Positions 54,700-64,000 of a DNA stretch of 64,000 nt are shown in pieces. The notes under the pieces are model-generated. The model worked only from the letters and a program-made list of their open reading frames with translations. It was not told the DNA's origin and ran no database searches. A program made the position numbers and the translations under genes. Position 1 is the stretch's first letter. Every line of letters begins with the position of its first letter. Source of the stretch: Candidatus Gottesmanbacteria bacterium RIFCSPLOWO2_01_FULL_43_11b (GTDB taxonomy: Bacteria > Patescibacteriota > Microgenomatia > UBA10105 > UBA927); the NCBI GenBank assembly GCA_001780985.1, contig MFJV01000001.1, positions 694,579 to 758,578 of the forward strand. The letters are read 5' to 3'.

Positions 54700-55311
54700 A
54701 TGAATAGACTTCTCATAGCCACGACTAATCCCGGCAAATTAGCAGAAATTCGGAGATTCCTTTCTGACGTTCCGCTCGAACTTGTCAGTCTCAACGATGT
54801 GGATATTAAAGAAAGGGTTGAGGAAACGGGAAAAACGTTTGAGGAAAATGCAATTCTAAAGGCGAAGTTTTACGCGCAAAAATCAGGACTTCCGACAATC
54901 GGTGATGATGGGGGATTTGAAATAGATGCATTAGGAGGGGAGCCAGGGGTCAAATCACACCGGTGGGTTCATGGGGATAAAGAGAATTCTGATGAAGAGT
55001 TAATTGAGTATACGTTCAAAAAAATGAAAGGAATTAAAAACAGAAAAGCACAATTACGGGCAGTTCTAGCACTTGCACTTCCAAACGGAGAGATTCATAC
55101 GGCAACAGCAGCAACACGGGGTATTATTCCGGATAAACCATCGGGAGTTCGAGTGAAAGGATTTCCATATCGCTCAATTTTATATATTCCCCAAATCCAA
55201 AAATACTACAATCATGATGAGCTTACTCCCCAAGAAACCGAAAAATACAATCATCGGAAATTGTGCCTCGATCAATTAAAGCCGATACTACGGTCCTTCT
55301 TGACAAAGTAA
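54700..55311 (+). CDS. rdgB: non-canonical purine NTP pyrophosphatase (RdgB/HAM1)
   Basis: TNPGKLAEI, GDDGGFEIDALGGEPGV and SHRW. Confidence 0.85.
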   Translation: MNRLLIATTNPGKLAEIRRFLSDVPLELVSLNDVDIKERVEETGKTFEENAILKAKFYAQKSGLPTIGDDGGFEIDALGGEPGVKSHRWVHGDKENSDEELIEYTFKKMKGIKNRKAQLRAVLALALPNGEIHTATAATRGIIPDKPSGVRVKGFPYRSILYIPQIQKYYNHDELTPQETEKYNHRKLCLDQLKPILRSFLTK

Positions 55312-55469
55312 TCCTCATGCTCCTACAATAGAGTTGCTGTCCCGGTAATATACCGAGATTACGGCGGACATAAAAAACCGCCGAAATTATATAAATCTTT
55401 CCGCAGCATGAAATCTGTCCGCAGCCTTATGTATAATAGGGTTAGCGGATTTTTTTGTGAGATACCCGT

Positions 55470-56699
55470 ATGTTAGACATTAAATTTATCAGAGAGAATT
55501 TACAGGTTTGTAAGGAAGCGGCAAAAAATAAAGGCCGTGATGTGGATTGGGATGGTCTTTTAAAACTCGACGATAAAAGAAGAGAACTTATTGGTCTTAC
55601 TGAAAAACTAAGAGAGGAACGAAACAAACTTACTCAGGATGACCGCGAGCGCGGTAGAGAGGTTAAACAGGAACTTAAAAAACTTGAGGAAGAGTTACGG
55701 GATGTTGAAGAAAAGTTCGGACTTCTCATGCTCACTGTTCCCAATGTGCCTGATCCGTCTGTTCCAATCGGCAAAGATGCAAGCGGAAATAAGGAAGTAC
55801 GGAAGTGGGGGAAATTGCCAAAATTCAATTTTCCAATTCTCGATCATATCGAACTGGCAAAATCCCTCGATCTCATTGATTTTGGGCGGGGAACAAAGGT
55901 CGGAGGATTTCGGGCATACTTCCTTAAAAACGATGCAGCGCAGATGGAACTTGCGCTCATGTGGTATACATTAAATAAACTCACAAAAAAAGGATACACA
56001 CCGCTTATCGCCCCGTCATTAGTTCGCGATTTTACCCTTTTCGGTAACGGACAGTTTCCGTGGGGCCGTGAAGAGGTATATAAGATTGAGAAGGATGATT
56101 TGTATTTGGCAGGCACAGCAGAAGTTCCGGTTACTGCCTACTTTAGTGATGAGATTCTCGTTGAAAAAGATTTACCGAAGAAATTCGTTGCTTTCTCACC
56201 CTGTTTCCGTCGCGAAGCAGGAAGTTACGGCAAAGACACAAAAGGGGCATATAGATTGCACCAATTTAATAAAATTGAACAAGTAATTATCACGACTGCA
56301 GAAACGAACAATTCTCTTACTCTTCATGAGGAGCTTTTGGCCAATGCAGAAGAAATTTTGAAGGATTTAGAACTTCCGTATCGGGTTATGCTCATGTGTA
56401 CCGGCGATATGGGGGAGCCACAGGTAAAAAAGTACGATATAGAAACCTGGATGCCAGGCAGACAGGCATATGGAGAAACAATGTCCAATTCGTTTATGGG
56501 AGACTTTCAGGCGCGGAGACTAAAAATCCGTTACAAAACGAAAGACGGGATGAAATACTGCCACACGCTCAATAACACTGCTCTTGCTTCTCCGAGAATT
56601 CTTATAGCAATAATGGAAAATTACCAACAAAAAGACGGGTCAATTAAAGTGCCTAAGGTATTGCAGCAATTCTTAAATAAAACTGTTATTAAACGGTAA
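55470..56699 (+). CDS. serS: serine--tRNA ligase
   Basis: An N-terminal coiled-coil arm and class II motifs (FRREAGS, GETMSNS). Confidence 0.9.
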   Translation: MLDIKFIRENLQVCKEAAKNKGRDVDWDGLLKLDDKRRELIGLTEKLREERNKLTQDDRERGREVKQELKKLEEELRDVEEKFGLLMLTVPNVPDPSVPIGKDASGNKEVRKWGKLPKFNFPILDHIELAKSLDLIDFGRGTKVGGFRAYFLKNDAAQMELALMWYTLNKLTKKGYTPLIAPSLVRDFTLFGNGQFPWGREEVYKIEKDDLYLAGTAEVPVTAYFSDEILVEKDLPKKFVAFSPCFRREAGSYGKDTKGAYRLHQFNKIEQVIITTAETNNSLTLHEELLANAEEILKDLELPYRVMLMCTGDMGEPQVKKYDIETWMPGRQAYGETMSNSFMGDFQARRLKIRYKTKDGMKYCHTLNNTALASPRILIAIMENYQQKDGSIKVPKVLQQFLNKTVIKR

Positions 56700-57334
56700 T
56701 GGACTGGCGCTCGTATATCTATCCCCAAACTATTGAACGATTCTCAACTGTCTATAACCACGATATACGAGTCGTAGAAGACCATGGGAAATTGAAAATT
56801 CTTGTTAATGGTTCTCCGCAGTCCGGTCCGTATATAGAGAAATTGTGGAAAAACGCACTTCGATCTTTCGGATTTCCCAAAAAAATCGTACCTAAATCAA
56901 TTTTAGTTTTAGGTATCGCCGGGGGAACTGTTATTCATTTGCTTCACCAATGGTACCCAGAAGCTAAAATTACTGCCGTTGATATCGATCAAACGATGAT
57001 TGATATAGGAAAAAAATATTTTGAACTGGGGAAAATAAAAAATCTTATACTCAAAAAAAGCGATGCAAACACCTATGTTCAGAAGAAAAGCGCATATGAC
57101 ATTATCATTGTCGATCTTTCGTTCGGAAGAGAGATACCCGTATTTGTGACAACGAGAAAATTTCTTTCAGCTCTGAAAAAAATCCGCATGGGTGAGGGGA
57201 TAGTGGTCATTAATTTTTTAAGAGAAAAAGAATACAAGGAAATTTCCGGTAATCTTAAGAAGATACTTGTTGGATTATTCCCGATAGTACGGGATAAACA
57301 ACTCTTTCTCAACCGGTTTTTCATGGCATCGTAA
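56699..57334 (+). CDS. spermidine-synthase-fold / class I SAM-dependent methyltransferase-like protein
   Basis: ILVLGIAGGTVIHLL is a G-rich loop. AVDIDQTMIDIGKKYF and DIIIVDL follow. It overlaps the serS stop as TAATG. Confidence 0.55.
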   Translation: MDWRSYIYPQTIERFSTVYNHDIRVVEDHGKLKILVNGSPQSGPYIEKLWKNALRSFGFPKKIVPKSILVLGIAGGTVIHLLHQWYPEAKITAVDIDQTMIDIGKKYFELGKIKNLILKKSDANTYVQKKSAYDIIIVDLSFGREIPVFVTTRKFLSALKKIRMGEGIVVINFLREKEYKEISGNLKKILVGLFPIVRDKQLFLNRFFMAS

Positions 57335-57361
57335 CCCCTAGTTTTATGGTAAAATATACGT

Positions 57362-60073
57362 ATGTTTAAGTTCCTCACGAGGCTTCTTGACACAAACGAA
57401 AAAGAGGTGTCAAGGATCCGCAAATCTGTCGAGCGCATCAATGAATTTGAGGGCGATGCCAAGAAAGTTAAGACGGCTGATTTTACCAAAAAAACTGCCG
57501 AATTTAGGGAACGACTTACCGGCGGTCAACAACTCGACGAACTTGTTCCTGAAGCATATGCACTTGTTCGGGAAGCTGCGTTTAGAACCATCGGTGAACG
57601 CCATTACGATGTGCAGTTGGTTGCCGCACTCGCTCTGCATGAAGGAAAAGTTGCCGAACAAAAAACCGGAGAAGGGAAAACACTTTCGGCCACTCCTGCA
57701 CTCTATATCAATGCTTTGTCAGGACGGGGCGCACATCTGGTTACTGTCAATGATTATCTTGCCCGCCGTGATGCCGGATGGATGGGTCCTGTGTATCACG
57801 TGCTCGGTCTTAAAGTCGCGGCTATGATAAACGATCAATCATTTCTCTATGATCCCCAGTTTGAAGATAAGACAGCTACTGATTGGCGGCTAAAACACCT
57901 CCGTCCGATCACTCGAAAAGAAGCGTATTTGGCTGATATTACCTACGGCATTAACAGTGAATTCGGTTTTGATTATCTGCGGGACAACATGGCACGAAGC
58001 ATGGATCAACTGGTTCAACGCGAATACCACTATGCCATCATTGATGAAGTTGATTCAATTTTAATCGATGAAGCCCGCACTCCTCATATAATTTCCGCAC
58101 CTGCCGAGGAAGCAACGCACAAGTACTATGACTATGCAAAAATAGTTGAGAAATTATCACAGGATACTGATTTTGTTATCGATGAAAAACTTCGCACCGC
58201 CCACCTAACTGATCACGGAATTTTAAAGATTGAAAAAATGATGGGACTCGGGAATATTTACGAAACGGATTTTGAAACAGTACACCACATCGAGGCAGCA
58301 CTCAAAGCAAAAACACTCTACCATCGTGAGAAAGAATACATTGTCAAAGAGGGCCAAGTTATTATTGTCGACGAGTTTACGGGTCGGCTCCTTACCGGTC
58401 GGCGTTTTAGTGAAGGAATTCATCAGGCAATAGAAGCAAAAGAGGGTGTTGCCATTCAGCAAGAAAGTAAAACATTAGCAACAGTTTCTTTACAAAATTA
58501 CTTCCGCATGTACCAAAAGCTAGCGGGTATGACGGGAACTGCCGCAACGGAAGCAGAAGAATTTAAAAAAATCTATAACCTTGATGTTCTCACCATTCCA
58601 ACGCACCGGCCAATGGTACGCCAAGACAATGCGGATAGTGTGTATAAAACCACACGAGCAAAATACGCAGCAGTTGTGAATGACATTATCGAGCATCATA
58701 AAAGGGGTCAGCCGGTACTCGTTGGAACCACATCAATTGACAAAAACGAAATAATAAGTGAATTTCTCAAACGTAAAGGCATCCCACACGAAGTCCTCAA
58801 CGCAAAAAATCATTTGCGCGAAGCCATGATTATCTCCGATGCCGGAAAAAAGGGTGCGGTGACAGTTGCAACGAATATGGCCGGACGAGGAGTGGACATA
58901 ATCCTCGGAGGAGCGAAAAAAGAAAAATGGGAATATGAAGATGAAAAGGAATGGGAACGAGATACGAAGGAATGGCAAAAGAGACACGATGACGTTGTAA
59001 ATTTTGGAGGTCTTCATGTTATCGGTACAGAACGCCATGAATCACGAAGAATCGACAATCAACTTCGTGGACGAAGCGGTCGACAGGGAGATCCGGGATC
59101 CAGTAGATTTTATGTATCCCTTGAAGACGAAATAATGAAGCTTTTTGGGGGTGATCAGGTTGCTCGTCTCATGACTGCATTTAAGATGCCCGAGGATGTT
59201 CCTTTGGAGCATGCAATGGTTTCAAGGGCGATTGAACAGGCGCAGGTTAAAGTTGAGGGATTTCACTTTGACAGCCGGAAACACCTCGTTGACTATGATG
59301 ATGTTCTCAATAAACAACGGGAAATTGTCTATAAACGCCGGAGAAAAATTCTGGAAGGGGAGAATCAAAAAGAAAAAATAATTGAAAAAATCTCAGGAGA
59401 GATTGCGAATGTTGTAGCTATTTACGCTGAGGAGAAAGAGGCAACGTTTGACAGACAAAAAATAGTTACTGAATTCGTAACGATTATCCCGTTTGATGAT
59501 GCCTCAGCGCAACAACTTACCAAACAACTGGAACAATTGCATACGTCAGCTGATATCACGGATTTTCTTATGAAGGTTACTGCTGACATGTATGAAGCCC
59601 GGGAAAAACAAGTCACTCCGGAAATCCTGCGTCAGGTTGAACAATGGGTGAGTTTACAGGTAATTGATAATCTTTGGATGGAACATCTGGATGCAATTGA
59701 TGATCTTCGTGAGGGGATCGGGCTTCGCGGCTATGGTCAGCGTGATCCCTTGGTCGAGTACAAAAATGAAGCGTTTAACATGTTTGAGCGTCTCATTTCT
59801 TCAATCGATTCCGAAATAGTTCACCGAATATTCAAAGTGCAGGTTCAGCTTGCACCGCAGGCACCGAGATCGCAGGTACCAACACCTGCTCCAATGCCAG
59901 TAGCACCCCAAGGGTTACAACCATCCATCGTCCGCCGAATTCAAACCAATGCTCCGCAACAGTCCGTTGCTCAACCGGTGGTTAATTCTTCCAACAAACT
60001 CGGCCGCAATGATCCTTGTTGGTGCGGAAGCGGCAAAAAGTGGAAAAAATGCCACTACCCGCAAGCAGGTTGA
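57362..60073 (+). CDS. secA: preprotein translocase ATPase SecA
   Basis: DEAD motor domains and a C-terminal zinc finger CWCGSGKKWKKCH. Confidence 0.95.
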   Translation: MFKFLTRLLDTNEKEVSRIRKSVERINEFEGDAKKVKTADFTKKTAEFRERLTGGQQLDELVPEAYALVREAAFRTIGERHYDVQLVAALALHEGKVAEQKTGEGKTLSATPALYINALSGRGAHLVTVNDYLARRDAGWMGPVYHVLGLKVAAMINDQSFLYDPQFEDKTATDWRLKHLRPITRKEAYLADITYGINSEFGFDYLRDNMARSMDQLVQREYHYAIIDEVDSILIDEARTPHIISAPAEEATHKYYDYAKIVEKLSQDTDFVIDEKLRTAHLTDHGILKIEKMMGLGNIYETDFETVHHIEAALKAKTLYHREKEYIVKEGQVIIVDEFTGRLLTGRRFSEGIHQAIEAKEGVAIQQESKTLATVSLQNYFRMYQKLAGMTGTAATEAEEFKKIYNLDVLTIPTHRPMVRQDNADSVYKTTRAKYAAVVNDIIEHHKRGQPVLVGTTSIDKNEIISEFLKRKGIPHEVLNAKNHLREAMIISDAGKKGAVTVATNMAGRGVDIILGGAKKEKWEYEDEKEWERDTKEWQKRHDDVVNFGGLHVIGTERHESRRIDNQLRGRSGRQGDPGSSRFYVSLEDEIMKLFGGDQVARLMTAFKMPEDVPLEHAMVSRAIEQAQVKVEGFHFDSRKHLVDYDDVLNKQREIVYKRRRKILEGENQKEKIIEKISGEIANVVAIYAEEKEATFDRQKIVTEFVTIIPFDDASAQQLTKQLEQLHTSADITDFLMKVTADMYEAREKQVTPEILRQVEQWVSLQVIDNLWMEHLDAIDDLREGIGLRGYGQRDPLVEYKNEAFNMFERLISSIDSEIVHRIFKVQVQLAPQAPRSQVPTPAPMPVAPQGLQPSIVRRIQTNAPQQSVAQPVVNSSNKLGRNDPCWCGSGKKWKKCHYPQAG

Positions 60074-60099
60074 CAAATGTAATACATTTGTAATACAAT

Positions 60100-60396
60100 A
60101 TGACAAAGATTGTTGTTCGTGAACTAATTTGGGATGCTTGGAATATTGAACACATAAGAAAACATAGAGTAACTCAGGACGAAGTTATAGTAAGCATTCG
60201 GAATACTGCATACCATAGGCACGCACATAGCGGAAGATACTTGAGCGTTGGAAGATCAGGAAAAAGAATTATTACTGTAATACTGCGACGAAAGAGAGCG
60301 ACAACATATTATCTTGTGACTGCGCGCGATGCAAATAAGAAAGAAAGGAGAGATGTATATGAAAAAGAAAAAAATCAGCAAAATTCCAAAATTTAA
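60100..60396 (+). CDS. brnT: BrnT-family toxin (DUF497)
   Basis: ELIWDAWNIEHIRKHRVTQDEV matches the BrnT N-terminal pattern. Confidence 0.65.
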   Translation: MTKIVVRELIWDAWNIEHIRKHRVTQDEVIVSIRNTAYHRHAHSGRYLSVGRSGKRIITVILRRKRATTYYLVTARDANKKERRDVYEKEKNQQNSKI

Positions 60397-60643
60397 AAGC
60401 ATTGAGGAAGAAGCGAAATTTTGGGACACACATAGCGTTACCGATTTTGAGGATGAGACAGAAGATGTTGATATCATCGTAGAGTTGGCAAAGCCTCGAG
60501 ACGAAACGCTCGTCTTGCGTGTCCAGAAATCACTTAAAAAAAAGCTTGCCTCAATTGCAAATAAAAAGGGCATAACACCATCAACGCTCGCCCGCATATG
60601 GCTCATGGAAAAACTTCAGCGACCAGGTTCAACACTGGGCTGA
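60359..60643 (+). CDS. brnA: BrnA-family antitoxin (CopG-like)
   Basis: SIEEEAKFWDTHSVTDFED...SLKKKLASIANKKGITPSTLARIWL. SD AAGGAGAG upstream. It overlaps brnT by 38 nt. Confidence 0.65.
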   Translation: MKKKKISKIPKFKSIEEEAKFWDTHSVTDFEDETEDVDIIVELAKPRDETLVLRVQKSLKKKLASIANKKGITPSTLARIWLMEKLQRPGSTLG

Positions 60644-60775
60644 TAGACTATGCATTCCCTAGAGCGTTCTAGTAATCAATCAAAGGATCGTCCCTGAAAT
60701 CGTTATGAGTTGGTTTGTTTGGATCATCATAAGCATTGCCGCGCTGGCTGTTTCTAATATTTTTCAAGGGTGCTC

Positions 60776-61555
60776 ATGAAGGATGAGGGGAGTGATCCGG
60801 TTGCCTTCACCGTTGTGTTTCTGTTCGTCTTGGGAGTAATGACAGGAATATTTGCAGCATTCAAAGGATTTGTTTTTCCGCCACTTTCCGAATACTGGTT
60901 TAACTTTCTTTTGAGCTCACCTTTATATGCGATAGGAACCGTTGTATGGTTTAAAGCACTTCAGAAAATCGGCTCAGCTGAGGCGACAATACTTTCCTCC
61001 TTCGGCGCAATTGCAACAATTGGGTCGGCAATGATTTTCTTAGGTGAACAATTTAGTCTGAGACAGGGGATTGGTGTTCTGCTCATACTTATTTCAATTT
61101 ACCTACTCAACAAAATCAAAGGAAAACTGCGTTTCACCCTTCATCATTTTTGGGCATTATTCTCCAGCGTATGTTATGGATTTGCAATAACAAACGACGC
61201 CTATATTATTGGTAGCGGTTACGATGCGGTCTCGTATGTTCCGATTATTTCATTTTTTCCTGCGTTAATTCTCCTTGTAGTTCGACCGGCGGTTCTGGGT
61301 CGTATGAAAACTTATATGACTGCTACATTTTTGAAAAACATGTTTTTAGTAACGTTTTTCTACTCTGTTCAGGCTGTGACGTATTTTGTGGCATATGAGA
61401 GTGGGGGAAATGCTTCACAAATTGCCCCGATTTCAAAATCCAGTATTATTCTGACTGTGCTTTTGGCTGTTTTCTTTCTCAAAGAACGGGAAAATTTAAT
61501 TCAGAAAATTTTAAGCGCAGTGCTTGTAACTGCGGGTGTGTTACTCATAGCGTAA
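60776..61555 (+). CDS. EamA/DMT transporter, apparently lacking TM1, which is encoded in another frame at 60705..60779
   Basis: Nine TMs in this frame. The short upstream ORF MSWFVWIIISIAALAVSNIFQGCS looks like a typical EamA first helix and ends at TGA, overlapping ATG 60776. Confidence 0.6.
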   Translation: MKDEGSDPVAFTVVFLFVLGVMTGIFAAFKGFVFPPLSEYWFNFLLSSPLYAIGTVVWFKALQKIGSAEATILSSFGAIATIGSAMIFLGEQFSLRQGIGVLLILISIYLLNKIKGKLRFTLHHFWALFSSVCYGFAITNDAYIIGSGYDAVSYVPIISFFPALILLVVRPAVLGRMKTYMTATFLKNMFLVTFFYSVQAVTYFVAYESGGNASQIAPISKSSIILTVLLAVFFLKERENLIQKILSAVLVTAGVLLIA

Positions 61556-62740
61556 TGCTTCAATGGGGTCAAGGCGGGCGGCGCGGATAGCCGGGGTAAC
61601 ACCAAAGATTATCCCGATTGATGCAGAAAATCCGAATGCTAAAAGAACTGACCATAAGGTAACGGATGTGCCGATAAACTGATTAATACCAAGTGATCCC
61701 AATGACCCAAGACCTATTCCGATAGCTCCACCAAAAAGTGACAAGATTACTGATTCAATTAAAAACTGCATCATAATATCCCGTGGAGTTGCTCCAACCG
61801 CTTTTCGCAACCCGATTTCTCTTGTCCTTTCAGTAACGGATACAAGCATAATGTTCATAATCCCTATCCCTCCGACAAGAAGTGATATTCCTGCAATACC
61901 ACCGAGTGCTGCTGTAATTACACTGAGAAATTGTGTAATGGTTTCAAGGAGTTGTGTCGACTCAAGTACGGTAAACTCGTCATCTTCGAGTCGCCGGAGA
62001 AGTACTTTTTCAGCATCAGTTTTAGCCTGTGCGACGTGTTCGCTGTCAATTGCTTCAATAAACATCATAAACGGCCGGTCCCGGTCAAATTGACGCATGG
62101 CCGTTGTTATGGGAATTGCAGTAAAGTCATCTGCGCTACCCATGGCACCACCCCCACCTTTAGATTTTAGAACACCAACAATTTCGAACTGTACGTCATT
62201 GAGTGTTAGGGTTTTACCAACAGGATTAGCACCGTCTCCAAACAGATCTTTGGAAGGTTTGTTGCCGAGGACAATTACCCGGCGGGATCGTTCAACGTCG
62301 TTTTGTGTAATGATGCGGCCGTACTCTGGTTCGAACTTTGCAATATCAAAATAGTTTTCCCAAAGTCCCCACACCTCTGTTGATGAAGTCTTACCCCCAT
62401 AAGAGAATGAACCGAATCCCTGTACCATCGGTGACACTTGTTTTATTGCATCGCTTCCGCGTTCTATATCTGCGACATCCGATAATTCAAATTTACTTGC
62501 AGACATCATTGCTCCCCGTGGACCTTGTGTCACATCCACATCACCCGCCATGACCATAATGGTATTGGCTCCCATGCTTTGAAACTGTTCTGTTACCCAT
62601 TTCTGGAGCCCGGTTCCAATTGAAACAAGGAGAATGACCGAAGCGACCCCGATAATTATTCCGAGCATAGTCAGAAGAGACCGTGTTTTATTGGTCCGGA
62701 GTGCATTGATGGCAAGTTTTATGTATTCGGTAAAATTCAT
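61541..62740 (-). CDS. ABC transporter permease, MacB/FtsX type (periplasmic MacB_PCD domain plus 4 TM)
   Basis: An N-terminal TM, a large periplasmic domain, and a C-terminal FtsX-like 3-TM bundle. Confidence 0.85.
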   Translation of the reverse strand: MNFTEYIKLAINALRTNKTRSLLTMLGIIIGVASVILLVSIGTGLQKWVTEQFQSMGANTIMVMAGDVDVTQGPRGAMMSASKFELSDVADIERGSDAIKQVSPMVQGFGSFSYGGKTSSTEVWGLWENYFDIAKFEPEYGRIITQNDVERSRRVIVLGNKPSKDLFGDGANPVGKTLTLNDVQFEIVGVLKSKGGGGAMGSADDFTAIPITTAMRQFDRDRPFMMFIEAIDSEHVAQAKTDAEKVLLRRLEDDEFTVLESTQLLETITQFLSVITAALGGIAGISLLVGGIGIMNIMLVSVTERTREIGLRKAVGATPRDIMMQFLIESVILSLFGGAIGIGLGSLGSLGINQFIGTSVTLWSVLLAFGFSASIGIIFGVTPAIRAARLDPIEALRYE

Positions 62741-63405
62741 ATAATTTTTCCGTCTTTTAATGAAATAATGCGTTTTGCGTGCTTCGCAATATCTTTTTCA
62801 TGGGTAACAAGAATAATGGTTTTACCTGCTTTATGGAATCTATCAAAGATAGTCATAATGTCCCGACCTGATTTGCTGTCGAGGTTGCCGGTTGGTTCAT
62901 CGGCGAGAATGATACTTGGATTTGTCACAAGTGCACGTGCTATAGCGACTCGCTGTTGTTGGCCACCTGATAGTTGTGAGGGGAAATTGCTCATTTTATC
63001 CGAGAGGCCCACTTCAACAAGCGTTGCCTTTGCCCGTTCGTGTCGCTCATTTGCTGGTACTTTCGCATAGATTAACGGGAGTTCGACATTGGAAAGTGAG
63101 CTGGTTTTTCGCAGTAAATTAAATTGCTGAAAGACAAAACCAATATGCGTGTTTCTGATTTCCGCAAGTTCCTGATCATCTGCTTTAAAAATATCCTTTC
63201 CTTCAATAAATACTTTTCCGCTCGTCGGGCGATCGAGACATCCTATGATATGCATGATCGTGGATTTTCCCGATCCGGAGGGACCCATAATGGCGACAAA
63301 CTCACCCTTTTTAATGGAAAGTGAGACAGAATCAAGCGCTTGAAAGACTACGCCGTCCATCTGGTACACTTTGGAAACGTTGACGACTGACAGAAGTGAG
63401 GTCAT
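62737..63405 (-). CDS. ABC transporter ATP-binding protein (MacB/LolD-like)
   Basis: Walker [10 protein letters not shown], the signature [15 protein letters not shown], and Walker [12 protein letters not shown]. Confidence 0.9.
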   Translation of the reverse strand: MTSLLSVVNVSKVYQMDGVVFQALDSVSLSIKKGEFVAIMGPSGSGKSTIMHIIGCLDRPTSGKVFIEGKDIFKADDQELAEIRNTHIGFVFQQFNLLRKTSSLSNVELPLIYAKVPANERHERAKATLVEVGLSDKMSNFPSQLSGGQQQRVAIARALVTNPSIILADEPTGNLDSKSGRDIMTIFDRFHKAGKTIILVTHEKDIAKHAKRIISLKDGKII

Positions 63406-64000
63406 TTTGAGATTGTTGCAAAACCCTTTGTTACAACTGCATCACCTTCAGCTAACCCTTCTGTAACTATAATATCATCTTCATTTTTGAGACCGGTTAC
63501 AATCTTCGTTTTCGCATATTTTCCGTCTGTCTTTTTGTACACAAATATTTCATCATTCTCTTCCCGCAATGCTTCTGTAGGGATAGTCAGGGCGCCCTCA
63601 CTCCGATCTGTTTCTATTGAAACATCACCGTTTAAGCCAATGCGAATATTCCCCCCAGTGTCAAAAGAAATCTTGACGGGAAATACTGTTGCTCCGCCGC
63701 TTGAGAGAACAGACGTATATGAAATATAGCTAATGACCCCCGAAAATGAACTATCAGGAAATGCATCGAGGGTTATTGTTGCTTTTTGACCGAGACTCAA
63801 ACTGCCAACATCAGTCTCATCAACGGTTGCCTCAAAGACGAGACTTGTCGGATCTACGACAGAAAAAACAGCAGTTGTAGGCATGATATTGACTCCGGCA
63901 ATAGGCGTATCGATATGGGTAACAATTCCTCCGATTGGAGTAACAAGCGTTGCGTATTCAACCGCTAAACTTCTGAGTTCGACGTCGAGTACTGCTTTTT
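63402..64000 (-). CDS. efflux membrane-fusion (periplasmic adaptor, MacA/HlyD-like) protein, 5' partial (runs off window end)
   Basis: I translated by hand upstream of the listed Met. The frame stays open to nt 64000 (...AKAVLDVELRSLAVEYATLVTPIGGIVTHIDTPIAGVNIMPTT...), with a beta-barrel/lipoyl-like MFP pattern. Confidence 0.8.
   Translation of the reverse strand, partial: KAVLDVELRSLAVEYATLVTPIGGIVTHIDTPIAGVNIMPTTAVFSVVDPTSLVFEATVDETDVGSLSLGQKATITLDAFPDSSFSGVISYISYTSVLSSGGATVFPVKISFDTGGNIRIGLNGDVSIETDRSEGALTIPTEALREENDEIFVYKKTDGKYAKTKIVTGLKNEDDIIVTEGLAEGDAVVTKGFATISK

Noticed and set aside
1-64000. CRISPR arrays, rRNA genes, T-box leaders upstream of aspS/gltX/lysS/serS, transposase or integrase genes
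   Set aside because: I scanned by eye for regular direct repeats, rRNA-like conserved stretches, T-box specifier/antiterminator motifs and DDE or tyrosine-recombinase proteins, and found none. The only mobile element recognised is the SufB intein.

Overview
This 64-kb window looks like part of a compact, low-GC (about 40 %) bacterial chromosome. Genes are short, many adjacent genes share 4-nt ATGA/TAATG overlaps, and several promoters sit so close to start codons that transcripts are near-leaderless. From gene content I infer a CPR/Patescibacteria-like organism. No search was run. All domain and family calls come from reading the translations.

The window is mostly housekeeping. In order it contains:
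- the rpoA C-terminus, rplQ, rplM and rpsI;
- recA, tRNA-Pro, a four-helix-bundle protein and recX;
- RNase Y and HU;
- an ABC-2 transporter with one ATPase and four permeases;
- LytR_C, HAD, miaA and an AI-2E transporter;
- an RNase P RNA on the minus strand, which the ORF track misses;
- a 46-aa zinc-ribbon gene, then DUF4446-like and DUF3048-like proteins;
- a wHTH-nucleotidyltransferase plus AbrB-like pair;
- secD, secF, cca and recJ;
- a 742-aa RelA/SpoT-like protein (HD, TGS, ACT) whose synthetase region looks degenerate;
- aspS, a DD-carboxypeptidase, gltX and era;
- an HhH-GPD glycosylase without the Fe-S cysteines, YhhQ and RibD_C;
- tRNA-Gln;
- a mini-cluster of small accessory genes (GNAT, DUF5680-like, HigB/HigA-like, three tiny ORFs, DUF378);
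- a suf operon: sufC, sufB, a truncated sufD, Rieske, sufS, sufU and a 3-Cys ferredoxin. sufB is interrupted by a 355-aa LAGLIDADG intein;
- korAB and lon;
- a class-A beta-lactamase-like protein, tRNA-Glu and greA with a terminator-like leader;
- an unknown protein plus a DapF-like pair, then lysS, an HD protein, rdgB, serS, a spermidine-synthase-fold protein and secA;
- BrnT/BrnA;
- an EamA transporter whose first TM helix lies in another reading frame;
- a MacB-type efflux system whose membrane-fusion gene runs off the window end.

The most interesting items are the SufB intein, the hydrolase-only-looking long RSH, the duplicated four-permease ABC system, and several GC-rich hairpin clusters and leaders that could be small or cis-regulatory RNAs. 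No CRISPR array, rRNA, tmRNA or SRP RNA was recognised.
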